Part shown: piece by piece, positions 42,870 to 55,720 of the stretch
How positions within the stretch are numbered: position 1 is the first letter of the stretch
How the letters are laid out: every line of letters begins with the position of its first letter
Assembly: GCF_009931435.1 (NCBI RefSeq)
Contig: NZ_CP043414.1
Reading direction: 5' to 3' (one strand)
Origin: Escherichia coli
Lineage (GTDB): Bacteria; Pseudomonadota; Gammaproteobacteria; Enterobacterales; Enterobacteriaceae
Length of the DNA stretch: 64,000 nt
Notes under the pieces: generated by a model
Told to the model about the DNA's origin: nothing
Database searches by the model: none
Seen by the model: only the letters and a program-made list of their open reading frames with translations
Made by a program: the position numbers and the translations under genes

Positions 42870-43394
42870 GTGTTGGATAAACTGCGTTCCCGTATTGTGC
42901 ATTTGGGGCCATCTCTGTTGAGTGTACCGGTAAAACTGACGCCATTTGCGCTAAAACGCCAGGTTCTTGAGCAGGTCTTAAGCTGGCAATTCCGTCAGGC
43001 GCTGGATGATGGCGAGCTGGAGTTTCTTGAAGGCCGCTGGTTAAGTATTCATGTGCGTGATATTGACCTGCAATGGTTTACCTCGGTGGTGAATGGCAAA
43101 CTGGTCGTTAGCCAGAACGCGCAAGCTGATGTGAGTTTTAGTGCCGACGCCAGCGATCTGCTGATGATTGCGGCGCGTAAACAGGATCCGGACACGCTCT
43201 TCTTCCAGCGTCGGCTGGTGATTGAAGGCGATACGGAGCTGGGATTATATGTGAAAAACCTGATGGACGCCATTGAACTGGAGCAAATGCCGAAAGCCTT
43301 ACGCATGATGCTGCTGCAACTGGCGGATTTTGTTGAGGCGGGAATGAAAACCACGCCTGAAACCAAACAGACATCGGTAGGTGAACCATGCTAA
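42870..43394 (+). CDS. ubiT: SCP2-domain lipid-binding protein UbiT (YhbT)
   Basis: GTG start at 42870 with SD AGGGA 10 nt upstream; (M)LDKLRSRIVHLGPSLLS; 174 aa; divergent from ubiUV. Confidence 0.85.
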   Translation: MLDKLRSRIVHLGPSLLSVPVKLTPFALKRQVLEQVLSWQFRQALDDGELEFLEGRWLSIHVRDIDLQWFTSVVNGKLVVSQNAQADVSFSADASDLLMIAARKQDPDTLFFQRRLVIEGDTELGLYVKNLMDAIELEQMPKALRMMLLQLADFVEAGMKTTPETKQTSVGEPC

Positions 43395-43891
43395 TTCGAG
43401 TAGAAATTCCAATTGATGCGCCGGGTATTGATGCCCTGCTGCGTCGTTCATTCGAAAGCGATGCGGAAGCGAAGCTGGTTCACGATCTGCGTGAAGATGG
43501 CTTTCTGACGCTGGGGCTGGTGGCGACAGATGACGAAGGTCAGGTCATTGGCTATGTGGCATTCAGTCCGGTTGATGTGCAGGGCGAAGACCTGCAATGG
43601 GTCGGCATGGCACCGCTGGCGGTAGATGAAAAATACCGTGGACAGGGACTGGCACGCCAACTGGTCTATGAAGGACTCGATTCGCTTAATGAGTTCGGCT
43701 ATGCCGCAGTGGTGACGCTGGGCGATCCGGCGCTGTACAGCCGTTTCGGCTTTGAACTGGCGGCACATCACGATCTGCGTTGCCGCTGGCCGGGCACTGA
43801 AAGCGCCTTCCAGGTACATCGTTTAGCGGATGATGCGCTGAATGGCGTAACCGGTTTGGTTGAGTATCACGAACACTTCAATCGCTTTTAA
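43388..43891 (+). CDS. yhbS: GNAT-family N-acetyltransferase YhbS
   Basis: 167 aa [24 protein letters not shown]; overlaps ubiT stop. Confidence 0.9.
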   Translation: MLIRVEIPIDAPGIDALLRRSFESDAEAKLVHDLREDGFLTLGLVATDDEGQVIGYVAFSPVDVQGEDLQWVGMAPLAVDEKYRGQGLARQLVYEGLDSLNEFGYAAVVTLGDPALYSRFGFELAAHHDLRCRWPGTESAFQVHRLADDALNGVTGLVEYHEHFNRF

Positions 43892-44180
43892 TCTTTGGGG
43901 TTTGCAGGCTGCTCAACAGTTCTGCAAACCCTGCGCCTTCTGCTACCAGACGCTCTTTTTGCCGTTTGGTCAGTTGCTTGATGCGATATTCCATCCGTAA
44001 CGCCAGCGAGCGGTCGCCCACTGGCGCGGAAAACGCCAGCGTCAGTTCTCCTTTCCCGCGCAGTGCTTTCGCCCCTTTTCCGCTTTGGTGCTGCTGATAG
44101 CGGCGTTCAACATCCGTGGTGATCCCGGTATAAAGCTTATTGTCGGCGGTACGGATCAAGTAAAGAAACCAGGGTGTCAT
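43878..44180 (-). CDS. yhbQ: GIY-YIG domain protein YhbQ
   Basis: ORF 43878..44192 trimmed to [27 protein letters not shown]; 100 aa; 3' end overlaps yhbS 3' end (convergent). Confidence 0.85.
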   Translation of the reverse strand: MTPWFLYLIRTADNKLYTGITTDVERRYQQHQSGKGAKALRGKGELTLAFSAPVGDRSLALRMEYRIKQLTKRQKERLVAEGAGFAELLSSLQTPKIKSD

Positions 44181-44230
44181 CGTCTGCGTCACATGTTAAG
44201 GTCAGGCCCACAGTATAAAAGAGAACAGCT

Positions 44231-44653
44231 ATGGAAACACTCACCGCCATCAGCCGTTGGCTGGCAAAACAACATGTTGTCACCTGGTGTGTGCAGCAGG
44301 AAGGGGAATTGTGGTGCGCCAATGCCTTTTATCTTTTTGATGCACAGAAAGTTGCCTTCTACATTTTGACGGAGGAAAAAACGCGTCACGCGCAGATGAG
44401 TGGGCCGCAGGCGGCAGTTGCTGGAACGGTAAACGGTCAGCCGAAAACGGTAGCGTTAATTCGCGGCGTGCAGTTTAAAGGTGAGATCCGCAGACTGGAA
44501 GGTGAGGAAAGCGACTTTGCGCGCAAGGCGTATAATCGTCGCTTTCCGGTTGCCAGAATGCTGTCGGCGCCGGTGTGGGAAATCCGGCTTGATGAAATCA
44601 AATTCACTGACAACACGCTGGGCTTTGGTAAAAAAATGATTTGGCTACGTAGC

Positions 44654-44674
<21 letters not shown>
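44231..44674 (+). CDS. yhbP: UPF0306 / PNPOx-like protein YhbP
   Basis: 147 aa [34 protein letters not shown]. Confidence 0.9.
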
Positions 44675-45210
<536 letters not shown>

Positions 45211-45211
45211 T

Positions 45212-45262
<51 letters not shown>

Positions 45263-45289
45263 GGGAGCGCAAGGCAGACAATTCTGTAA

Positions 45290-45935
<646 letters not shown>

Positions 45936-46007
45936 TTATTCCCAAGAATTGATAGTGAGCGTAATATTCACGCGCTCAATTATCATAACTTATTCCTGGG
46001 GAATGCT

Positions 46008-47048
46008 ATGACTGGTCAGTCTTCATCTCAGGCGGCAACGCCCATTCAGTGGTGGAAACCCGCGCTTTTCTTTCTCGTTGTCATTGCTGGTCTCTGGTAT
46101 GTGAAATGGCAACCTTACTACGGCAAAGCGTTTACCGCCGCCGAAACTCACAACATCGGTAAATCAATACTCTCACAGGCGGATGCTAATCCGTGGCAGG
46201 CGGCGTTGGATTACGCGATGGTCTATTTCCTCGCGGTATGGAAAGCGGCGGTGCTGGGAGTGATCCTCGGGTCGTTGATTCAGGTGCTGATCCCTCGTGA
46301 CTGGCTGCTACGCACGCTTGGGCAATCGCGCTTTCGCGGCACGCTGCTGGGAACGCTGTTTTCGCTGCCGGGCATGATGTGTACTTGCTGTGCGGCACCG
46401 GTCGCGGCGGGGATGCGTCGCCAACAGGTGTCGATGGGCGGGGCGCTGGCATTCTGGATGGGCAATCCGTTGTTAAACCCGGCGACGCTGGTGTTTATGG
46501 GTTTTGTCCTCGGCTGGGGCTTTGCGGCGATTCGTCTGGTGGCGGGACTGGTGATGGTGTTGCTGATTGCGACCCTGGTGCAAAAATGGGTGCGTGAAAC
46601 ACCGCAAACACAGGCACCGGTCGAAATTGACATGCCGGAAGTGCAGGGCGGATTCTTTAGCCGCTGGGGTAGGGCGCTATGGACGCTTTTCTGGAGTACG
46701 ATCCCGGTATATATCCTTGCCGTACTGGCGTTGGGTGCTGCTCGCGTCTGGTTATTCCCCCATGCCGATGGTGCTGTCGATGACAGCCTGATGTGGGTGA
46801 TTGCGATGGCGGTAGCGGGATGCTTGTTTGTCATTCCCACGGCAGCAGAAATTCCGATTGTACAAACGATGATGCTGGCAGGTATGGGAACCGCTCCGGC
46901 GCTGGCATTGTTGATGACGCTTCCTGCTGTAAGTTTGCCGTCGCTGATAATGTTGCGTAAAGCGTTCCCGGCGAAAGCCTTATGGCTGACGGGTGCGATG
47001 GTGGCGGTGTCTGGTGTGATTGTCGGCGGGCTGGCGCTGTTGTTCTGA
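46008..47048 (+). CDS. yraQ: inner-membrane permease-family protein YraQ
   Basis: 346 aa polytopic ORF. Confidence 0.9.
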   Translation: MTGQSSSQAATPIQWWKPALFFLVVIAGLWYVKWQPYYGKAFTAAETHNIGKSILSQADANPWQAALDYAMVYFLAVWKAAVLGVILGSLIQVLIPRDWLLRTLGQSRFRGTLLGTLFSLPGMMCTCCAAPVAAGMRRQQVSMGGALAFWMGNPLLNPATLVFMGFVLGWGFAAIRLVAGLVMVLLIATLVQKWVRETPQTQAPVEIDMPEVQGGFFSRWGRALWTLFWSTIPVYILAVLALGAARVWLFPHADGAVDDSLMWVIAMAVAGCLFVIPTAAEIPIVQTMMLAGMGTAPALALLMTLPAVSLPSLIMLRKAFPAKALWLTGAMVAVSGVIVGGLALLF

Positions 47049-47062
47049 TTTGAGGGAAAACA

Positions 47063-47239
47063 TGTCGGATGCGGCGTAAACGCCTTATCCGACCTACGGT
47101 TTGCATCGTTGCAGGCCTGATAAGACGCGGCAAGCGTCGCATCAGGCAACGGCAGTCGGATGCGGCGCAGGCGCCTTATTCGACCTACGGTTTGTGTCGT
47201 GTAGGCCTGATAAGACGCGGCAAGCGTCGCATCAGGCAT
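47063..47239. repeat. tandem BIME: two ~91 bp units each carrying two REP motifs
   Basis: unit 47065-47147 and near-identical unit 47156-47237 (TCGGATGCGGCG...GCCTGATAAGACGCGGCAAGCGTCGCATCAGGCA). Confidence 0.85.
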
Positions 47240-47251
47240 TACAAGGTGCTG

Positions 47252-47827
47252 CTATTTAATAAACGTAAACGCTGTGGTTACACGTTTTACGCCGCTCACC
47301 CGACTGGCAATATCTGCCGCCGCTTTCGCTTCACGTTCAGTCACCAGCCCCATCAGGAACACTTCACCATTTTCAGTGGTCACTTTCACGTTGGAGGATT
47401 TCACCAGATCGCTGGTTAACAGCTGCGAACGCACTTTGGTGGTGATCCACGTATCGTTAGACGCTTCGCCCAGACCAATCGGCTGGCCCTGACGAATCTC
47501 GTTATACACTTCGTTGGCACCGTCTACGCCCATAGCAATCTGTTTGGCGCGAGCCGAAAGTTCAGCGTTTGGTGACTGCCCAACCAGCAGCACTTTGCCC
47601 TGATAGGCCGTTACATTAATGCGAGCTTCTTTCTTGATTTGTTCGTCTTTCGACAATGCGCTGTTCACGCGCACTTCCAGGGTTCCATCGTCCACCTGGG
47701 TGCCGACACTGCGTGGGTCAGTTGCGGCTTTTGTACCCACAGCCGCGGTGCCCACTACGGCGGCAGCAACGCAACCTTGCAACAGCAGTGCGGAAATAAG
47801 GACTGCGATTGGCGATAATGCCTTCAT
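47252..47827 (-). CDS. dolP: BON-domain outer-membrane lipoprotein DolP (YraP)
   Basis: 191 aa; lipobox LLLQGC. Confidence 0.93.
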   Translation of the reverse strand: MKALSPIAVLISALLLQGCVAAAVVGTAAVGTKAATDPRSVGTQVDDGTLEVRVNSALSKDEQIKKEARINVTAYQGKVLLVGQSPNAELSARAKQIAMGVDGANEVYNEIRQGQPIGLGEASNDTWITTKVRSQLLTSDLVKSSNVKVTTENGEVFLMGLVTEREAKAAADIASRVSGVKRVTTAFTFIK

Positions 47828-47836
47828 GTATTCTCC

Positions 47837-48427
47837 TTAAACATCCTGGTGAGGGAAAAGCGTGTTATCGATCAGATCGCACAAGCAATTTACCGTCAGC
47901 ATATGCATTTCCTGAATGCGAGCACTACGATGCGAAGGAATGCGGATCTCCACATCCTGTGGCCCTAACAACCCTGCAAGTTCACCGCCGTCATAGCCAG
48001 TCAATGCCACAATGGTCATATCACGCGTAACAGCAGCTTCTACTGCTTTTACGATATCGCGGCTGTTGCCACGGGTGGAAATGGCTAACAACACATCTCC
48101 CGCATGCCCCAGCGCCCGCACTTGTTTTGCATACACTTCATCATGTAAGCGATCGTTGGCAATCGCCGTTAAGACAACATTATCAGTATTTAGTGCAATG
48201 GCAGGTAAGCTGGGCCGCTCCGTTTCGAATCGGTTGATCATGCTGGCAGCAAAATGCTGTGCGTTGGCAGCGGAAGTTCCATTACCACAACAGAGGATTT
48301 TGTTGCCATTGAGCAGAGACTGAACCAGCGTCATGGCTGCACGGGAGATGGCATCCGGAAGCGCCTCTGCTGCCGCAATTTGAGTTTGAATGCTTTCAGT
48401 GAAGCAAGCTTTAATTCGTTCTTGCAC
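47837..48427 (-). CDS. diaA: DnaA initiator-associating protein DiaA
   Basis: 196 aa SIS-domain [30 protein letters not shown]. Confidence 0.93.
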
Positions 48428-48446
48428 GCTAATCCTTAAACCTTAA

Positions 48447-48842
48447 TTATGAGTGGTCATTAAAGGCATCCTTAATCCACTCAACTTCATTCCCGGTGAA
48501 GGCTACCACATCGAACCGGCAATCCACAGTATCAAAACTCCCATTATGACGCGCGAGCCACAAGCGGGCAGTCTGTAATAATTTGTGTTGTTTGCTGCGG
48601 GTCACACTGGCTGCCGCACCACCGTAAAGGGCTGAGCGGCGGTAACGCACCTCGACAAAAACGGTGGTCCTGCCTTCACGCATTATCAGATCGATCTCGC
48701 CGCCACGCTCGTTCACGTTAGCGGCGACAAACCGCAGTCCTTTGCTCTCCAGCCAGCGACGCGCTTGTGCTTCCCACGCATCGCCGGTCTGTTTAGTGGT
48801 TAACTGGCGGGGACTACCTGACCTTGTTGGTACTGTAGCCAT
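48447..48842 (-). CDS. yraN: UPF0102 family protein YraN
   Basis: 131 aa [43 protein letters not shown]. Confidence 0.88.
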   Translation of the reverse strand: MATVPTRSGSPRQLTTKQTGDAWEAQARRWLESKGLRFVAANVNERGGEIDLIMREGRTTVFVEVRYRRSALYGGAAASVTRSKQHKLLQTARLWLARHNGSFDTVDCRFDVVAFTGNEVEWIKDAFNDHS

Positions 48843-50836
48843 GATAACTTCCTGTTAATTACGCAATCCGGGTTAGCCGTCAGACTTCCGGTATTACCGT
48901 TGATTTCGAAACCCTGAACCTGGCGCATTTGTGAGAAATGATTTGCCAACGACCAGGCATCAACGCCCATCGCATACATGCGAGCCAGCGAATAATCGTT
49001 ATTCACCGCACTGAGCGCCTGCTGCATTAATGGCAGATTACCGCCCGCCAGCATCGGGATTTCGCTATATTGCAAACCTTCCATTTCCAGACGGAAATCC
49101 GGACCCGCGGTGCCTTGTGCGCTTCGGGAGCTTGCGTACAGCGTTGCACCGCTCTGGCTACCGTTACGCATGGCGATCATCGGTTTGATAAAAGCGATTT
49201 CACCCGGCGTTGCCACAATGTACACCGCATCGACACGACCGCCATTATTGGTGAACTGGTCATAGGTTGGCGTGGTTTGCAGCATTGGATTGTTGGTCGT
49301 TATGCCTGAATCGGTTGTCGCTCTGGGAGTAATCGGGCTACCGGTTAAAGCGATACCAGAACCACCGTTAACTCCCGCGCGTAATTCGCTGGTGGAACCA
49401 AATTTTTGTTGCAAAACGGTACCGCCGCCCAGCTTCTGCCACTCTTGCGCAAACGCATTGGCTACGCGATCGCCCAGCGAACTGCGAGGGATCAGCACCA
49501 GTGGCGCTTGTTTACCCTGGTCACGAATATGACGCGCTGCATCGCGCGCTTCGTCTTCCGGTGAAAGCGCGAAGTAACAAATATTGACGCGGTTTTCGAT
49601 ATTTTCCGGCTGGTTCAGTGCCAGCACGTTCAGCGGGGTGTTGCTTTTCAGTAACTCTTCAACGTTATTTTTCAGCAACGGACCGACCACAATACTCGCG
49701 CCATCCTGCTGAACCTGGTTGAGGATCTGGCTAAGCGGTTGTGATGAGGTATCATAAATTTTCAGCTCTGCGGATGGATTCGCGGGGGCGCTTACCGCCG
49801 CAGTGTTTGCCGCCGGGGCGCTTACAGGCACTGGTTGAGCCGCGGTTTCTTCGCCTGTCAGATCGCTAACCGAGGCTTGTGCCGGGCTGGCAACGCCGTC
49901 AACAGTTTGCTGCTGGGGTTGTTCTGCAACGTCTGCGATTGGTGCGGCAGTTGCCTGTGCCGCCACTGGCTGAGTGCCGATATTTTTCGCCGCTTCAAAG
50001 CCTTGCTGAATAGTGCGGCCAAATACTGCGGCCTGACCATTCAACGGCAATAACAGGGCTATTTTGTTGGTTGACGCTGGTTTAAATGCTTTTACGTTTA
50101 CCAACTGCGTAGGCAGCATTTTCGCGCCCGGGTTGTTCGGATAACGTTTCTGCCAGTCGGCGATCCCAGCTTTCATCATGTCGGGATCGTTACGGTTATC
50201 AAACCAGACGCGCTGCAGATCAAGCCAGCCTTGCAGAATATTTTCGTCGGCGTTGATCACCAGCGTATTCGCCTGGTCCTGAGTCATGGAGGAGAGTGCC
50301 TGCCATGTAGCATCAATATTCTGTTGCTTTTCTTTCGCGCCGAGCAGGGGTTCCTGAGCAATTAAGGCGCGCAGTAAATCAATGGAAGGACGCCCCTGAC
50401 TGGCATCGATTTTTGCCTGCCAGTAACGCGCCTGCTGGTTTTGATCTAAATCGGCAGGTGTGATTTTCGCCAGCAGGGTTTGTGCGCCAGCAAAATCTTT
50501 CTGCGCCAGCTTAATTTCTACTGCCAGAAGAGTTTTCTCGCGACGCTGGTAATCGTTCAGTTCCTGCGGCAGCTGGTTAAACAGCTCCACCGCCTGCCCG
50601 GTTTTACCTTCTTTCACCAGTGCACGAATGGCGAGTAATTGCCAGTTGATCCTGGTATCATCAGCGCTTTGCTGCATCTGCTGAAGATAAAAGGCAGAAT
50701 CAGCCTGCGCCGTGCCCTGCATATAGGCAGTGGACTGATCGGGAGTATGGGTGCCACAACCGGCGAAAATCAGGGCTGCCAGAACAACAGGCAGACAACG
50801 CGCGGCTTTCAAACGAGAAAATGTTGAGGGTACCAT
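48800..50836 (-). CDS. lpoA: PBP1A activator lipoprotein LpoA
   Basis: ORF 48800..50866 trimmed to [30 protein letters not shown] (lipobox); 678 aa; 3' end overlaps yraN start by 43 nt. Confidence 0.9.
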   Translation of the reverse strand: MVPSTFSRLKAARCLPVVLAALIFAGCGTHTPDQSTAYMQGTAQADSAFYLQQMQQSADDTRINWQLLAIRALVKEGKTGQAVELFNQLPQELNDYQRREKTLLAVEIKLAQKDFAGAQTLLAKITPADLDQNQQARYWQAKIDASQGRPSIDLLRALIAQEPLLGAKEKQQNIDATWQALSSMTQDQANTLVINADENILQGWLDLQRVWFDNRNDPDMMKAGIADWQKRYPNNPGAKMLPTQLVNVKAFKPASTNKIALLLPLNGQAAVFGRTIQQGFEAAKNIGTQPVAAQATAAPIADVAEQPQQQTVDGVASPAQASVSDLTGEETAAQPVPVSAPAANTAAVSAPANPSAELKIYDTSSQPLSQILNQVQQDGASIVVGPLLKNNVEELLKSNTPLNVLALNQPENIENRVNICYFALSPEDEARDAARHIRDQGKQAPLVLIPRSSLGDRVANAFAQEWQKLGGGTVLQQKFGSTSELRAGVNGGSGIALTGSPITPRATTDSGITTNNPMLQTTPTYDQFTNNGGRVDAVYIVATPGEIAFIKPMIAMRNGSQSGATLYASSRSAQGTAGPDFRLEMEGLQYSEIPMLAGGNLPLMQQALSAVNNDYSLARMYAMGVDAWSLANHFSQMRQVQGFEINGNTGSLTANPDCVINRKLSWLQYQQGQVVPAS

Positions 50837-50900
50837 AATGTATCCAGTGATATTTTTTTTACGCAATGCTCAATATTAAATCGGCAATACGGACGACACA

Positions 50901-51764
50901 ATGAAACAACACCAATCGGCGGATAATTCTCAGGGCCAGCTTTACATTGTACCGACGCCAATCGGCAATCTGGCAGATATCACCCAGCGTGCGTTGGAGG
51001 TTTTACAGGCCGTTGATCTGATTGCCGCCGAGGATACGCGTCATACCGGTTTACTGCTGCAACATTTTGGAATTAACGCCAGGTTGTTCGCCTTGCACGA
51101 CCATAACGAACAACAGAAAGCCGAAACGTTACTGGCGAAGCTGCAGGAAGGGCAAAACATTGCGCTGGTGTCCGATGCCGGAACGCCACTAATTAACGAT
51201 CCCGGCTATCATCTGGTGCGTACCTGCCGAGAAGCGGGGATTCGCGTGGTGCCACTACCGGGGCCGTGTGCTGCTATCACTGCATTAAGTGCTGCGGGTT
51301 TACCATCCGATCGTTTTTGTTATGAAGGCTTTTTACCTGCCAAATCAAAAGGCCGCCGTGATGCGCTAAAAGCCATTGAAGCGGAGCCGCGCACGCTGAT
51401 TTTTTATGAATCGACCCACCGTCTGTTAGATAGCCTGGAAGATATCGTTGCGGTATTAGGCGAATCCCGCTACGTCGTTCTGGCGCGTGAGCTGACCAAA
51501 ACCTGGGAAACCATTCACGGCGCGCCCGTTGGCGAGCTGCTGGCGTGGGTCAAAGAAGATGAAAACCGTCGCAAAGGTGAAATGGTGCTGATTGTTGAAG
51601 GCCATAAAGCACAGGAAGAAGACTTACCTGCCGATGCCCTGCGCACGCTGGCGTTGTTACAGGCTGAGCTTCCGCTGAAGAAAGCGGCGGCGCTGGCGGC
51701 AGAGATTCACGGCGTGAAAAAAAACGCGCTGTATAAGTATGCGCTGGAACAGCAGGGGGAGTGA
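50901..51764 (+). CDS. rsmI: 16S rRNA C1402 2'-O-methyltransferase RsmI
   Basis: 287 aa [35 protein letters not shown]; divergent from lpoA. Confidence 0.93.
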
Positions 51765-51813
51765 TTACAGGCGTCGCAGCAAGAATAGAGCTGCAACGCC
51801 TACACCGGGCGAT

Positions 51814-52581
51814 TTAACGACGACACATCTCATCAATCATGCATGTGAAATAGTTATGCAGCCATAAAAACGAAGCCGGGATAGCGGTAGAGACTTTAGC
51901 CGTGAGAAAACGTTCTGTCGCATCCTGCTTTCCTTCGCCAGTCACCAGTAGCAAAACTTCGCGGGTATTGAGAATATCCTTCAGGCCTAAGGTGATCCCA
52001 CGAGTCACGGGGCGACCCGCGGTTTTTAACATCTCATGTTGCTGTGTTCTGGCATCAAGTTGACTGATATGGCAGGCCGGTTGCAGGCTTTCTCCCGGTT
52101 CGTTCAGCCCAAGATGACCGTTTTTCCCCAATCCGAGAACGCATAAATCCAGACCGCCTTTGCGCGCAATCAGGTTCGTTACCCGTTCGCACTCTGTCTC
52201 ATTTATCTCTTCGGAGCGAAAGCTGATGAGCTGGTCTTCACGTAGCCCCAGCGGCTGCACGATATGCTGTTGAAGGAAAGTTTCGCAGGTGCCAGGCATC
52301 GTTAATGGCAGATCCACCCATTCGTCGAGCTTCACGAAGGTGAGCTGGCTGACATCAACCTGCTGCTGGTGGATTTTTTCTACCAGATAATGATACGTCA
52401 GTAATGGCGTGGCTCCGGTCGCCAGGCAAATCACGGCATCCGGTTTGCTACGGATCACGGCCAATAAATATTCGCTGGCACGTTCACTTAACGCCGTATA
52501 GTTTTCAACTTGTTGAAGGGTTTGCACAGGATGAAATTCCTTTAGTAAAGAGGCACCACCAGACGCAGTGCCTCGTTCCAT
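51814..52581 (-). CDS. agaI: NagB-like galactosamine-6-phosphate deaminase/isomerase AgaI
   Basis: 255 aa ORF with NagB/Pgl-type sequence; last gene of aga cluster; exact start uncertain. Confidence 0.85.
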   Translation of the reverse strand: MERGTASGGASLLKEFHPVQTLQQVENYTALSERASEYLLAVIRSKPDAVICLATGATPLLTYHYLVEKIHQQQVDVSQLTFVKLDEWVDLPLTMPGTCETFLQQHIVQPLGLREDQLISFRSEEINETECERVTNLIARKGGLDLCVLGLGKNGHLGLNEPGESLQPACHISQLDARTQQHEMLKTAGRPVTRGITLGLKDILNTREVLLLVTGEGKQDATERFLTAKVSTAIPASFLWLHNYFTCMIDEMCRR

Positions 52582-53373
52582 TTACAAAATGCCGAATGCG
52601 GAACAAACAATAGAGAGCACAAAAGTCACGCCGATTAACAGCACCGGATGCGCTTTTTTCACCCGCAGGAAGTAATACATCAGCAGGGTATAGGCCATCG
52701 GTAAAATGTTCGGGAAGACTTTATCGAAGAAATCCTGCTGCAGGGCGACGCTGTGGGTACTGTCGATCGCAAACGATGTCACCACGTTAATATGCACATA
52801 CGAAGCGATCAGCCCGCCGATTACCGTGATCCCGAGGATGGTTGCCGAACGAGCAATCATCTGCGAGTTCTCTCGCACTTTATCGATCGCCTTCACGCCG
52901 ACTGAATAACCGACGTGGGTCCAGCCGACGCGCAGGAAGAAGATAAGCAGGTAAACGGCGAAAAATAGAATCGGCCCCAGCAAGTTTCCCTGGCTGGCAA
53001 ATGATGAGCAAATTCCCGCCATAATCGGCAATAAGGTAAACCAGAAAATCGCATCGCCAATCCCGGCGATTGGGCCAAACAGTGCCACTTTGAGGCCTTT
53101 AATGGTGTCGCGGTTTTCTCCTTTTTCTTCCATCGAAATTAATAACCCCATCAGGAATCCGACCAGATTCGGGTGGGTATTAATAAATTCGAGGTTATCT
53201 TTCATCGCCGCGCTTAGGCCCGGTTTGTCGTCCTTATAAATCTTTTTCAGGATCGGCAACATCGCCCAGGTAAAACCGCCCGCCTGCATCCTTTCGTAGT
53301 TAAAGCTTGCTTGTAGCAGTGACGAACGAAAGCCCAGACGGGTGATATCTTTTTTACTGATTTCAGATCCCAT
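52582..53373 (-). CDS. agaD: PTS galactosamine-specific EIID component AgaD
   Basis: ORF 52582..53520 trimmed to MGSEISKKDITRLGFRSSLLQASFNYERMQ with SD AGAGGA; 263 aa. Confidence 0.9.
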   Translation of the reverse strand: MGSEISKKDITRLGFRSSLLQASFNYERMQAGGFTWAMLPILKKIYKDDKPGLSAAMKDNLEFINTHPNLVGFLMGLLISMEEKGENRDTIKGLKVALFGPIAGIGDAIFWFTLLPIMAGICSSFASQGNLLGPILFFAVYLLIFFLRVGWTHVGYSVGVKAIDKVRENSQMIARSATILGITVIGGLIASYVHINVVTSFAIDSTHSVALQQDFFDKVFPNILPMAYTLLMYYFLRVKKAHPVLLIGVTFVLSIVCSAFGIL

Positions 53374-54166
53374 TGCTGTAGTCCTCTTCTTCATTTTTAC
53401 TGGCAACGGGCTGCGGTTGCGCTTGCTGCCGGGATTTCGCATTGAAAAACTCATACACCGCAAAGCCTGCGCCCAGTACGGCAACCGGCAACAGGTTGCT
53501 GACCTGGATGTAGCAAACAAACAGGAAACCGGCGATCAGGTAAGGGATATATTGCGCTTTGAACATTACGCGCAGCAGCAAGCCAAAACCAACGGCAGGC
53601 AGAATACCGCCAGCCACTTCAAAGCCGTGGGTCAGCCAGGCGGGCATCGCTTTCACCAGCGCCTGCATCGCCCCTTGCGCCAGGTAAGTACAGAGGAAAG
53701 CAATCACCGCATACGCTGAAGCGACGATGAGCATCGTTGTCCAGTTAAGTCGGGAAAACGCTGCTGTATCCGCCTCTTTCGCACAATTATCAGCTTTGGT
53801 CATGAATAATGAGAAAGCGGAATAGAAGAACAGAATGACGTACTGCATTAACAAACTAAACGGCAGACCAAGACCAATTGCCGTTTTGGCATCGACGCCC
53901 GTAGACCATGCAATGACGGTGGTCATCAGACCCGCCATAATTGGGTTGGGCGGCTGAACACCACCTGCGGGGGTTAATCCGGCGAAAGCCAGTTCTGTCA
54001 GGCCACCGGTAATTAAGCCAATCTGAATATCACCGAGAATAGCACCTGTAAGGGTACAAACGATTATCGGGCGGAATAAAAATAAGGCTTCCAGCCAAAA
54101 ATCAATCCCCAGAACGAAAACTAACGCCGCCAGGGATAATCCCTGAATTAGGGTTATTTCATGCAT
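53363..54166 (-). CDS. agaC: PTS galactosamine-specific EIIC component AgaC
   Basis: 267 aa MHEITLIQGLSLAALVFVLGIDFW. Confidence 0.92.
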   Translation of the reverse strand: MHEITLIQGLSLAALVFVLGIDFWLEALFLFRPIIVCTLTGAILGDIQIGLITGGLTELAFAGLTPAGGVQPPNPIMAGLMTTVIAWSTGVDAKTAIGLGLPFSLLMQYVILFFYSAFSLFMTKADNCAKEADTAAFSRLNWTTMLIVASAYAVIAFLCTYLAQGAMQALVKAMPAWLTHGFEVAGGILPAVGFGLLLRVMFKAQYIPYLIAGFLFVCYIQVSNLLPVAVLGAGFAVYEFFNAKSRQQAQPQPVASKNEEEDYSNGI

Positions 54167-54204
54167 TTTTATTACCTCAAACCAGTATTAAGGCGATTTT
54201 AAAT

Positions 54205-54681
54205 TTAGTCAGGGATTTGTTCTTTTTGATCGCCGGGGACGTCCTGAATAAAAATATTCACACCGCGTTGTTTAATAAAGCGTAAGTCCGCGAGATCTTG
54301 ATCGTCGATATAAACTTTACTGCTGATTTGCTTTTTACCTTCCGAGAAATGCATATTGCCGACGTTGACATCTTTCAGGTCAATGCCACCTTCTATCAAT
54401 TTACGTACCGTTTGCGGCGTACGGCAAATCAAGAAGATTTTCTGATGCGGTGCAGCTTTGCCGATGACGTTAATGGTTTTTTCGATAGTAAAGAAACGAA
54501 TGCCAAAGCCGTAGGTTTCCGCGGTAATACCCATTAATTTTTGTTGAATATCATCGTTAGCGACAACATCATCCACGACTACCAGCAGATTTGCACCGAT
54601 GGTAGATGTCCAGGTCACACCAACCTGACCGTGAACCAGACGGTTATCAATACGGGTTAAGAGAATATTTGGACTGCTCAT
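54205..54681 (-). CDS. agaB: PTS galactosamine-specific EIIB component AgaB
   Basis: 158 aa MSSPNILLTRIDNRLVHGQVGVTW. Confidence 0.92.
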   Translation of the reverse strand: MSSPNILLTRIDNRLVHGQVGVTWTSTIGANLLVVVDDVVANDDIQQKLMGITAETYGFGIRFFTIEKTINVIGKAAPHQKIFLICRTPQTVRKLIEGGIDLKDVNVGNMHFSEGKKQISSKVYIDDQDLADLRFIKQRGVNIFIQDVPGDQKEQIPD

Positions 54682-54847
54682 TGTGTAATCCTCACCATAA
54701 AGTTGAATAATATAATTTTTTTAAATATATTATTGTTGCGATATTTTACTGATGTATTTATTAAGGTTTAGTTATCTCCTTTACCATTAAGGCACTCCCC
54801 GATATTAATCGGGAAGTACATTGGGATAAATCATAAAAAACTAATGA

Positions 54848-55720
<873 letters not shown>

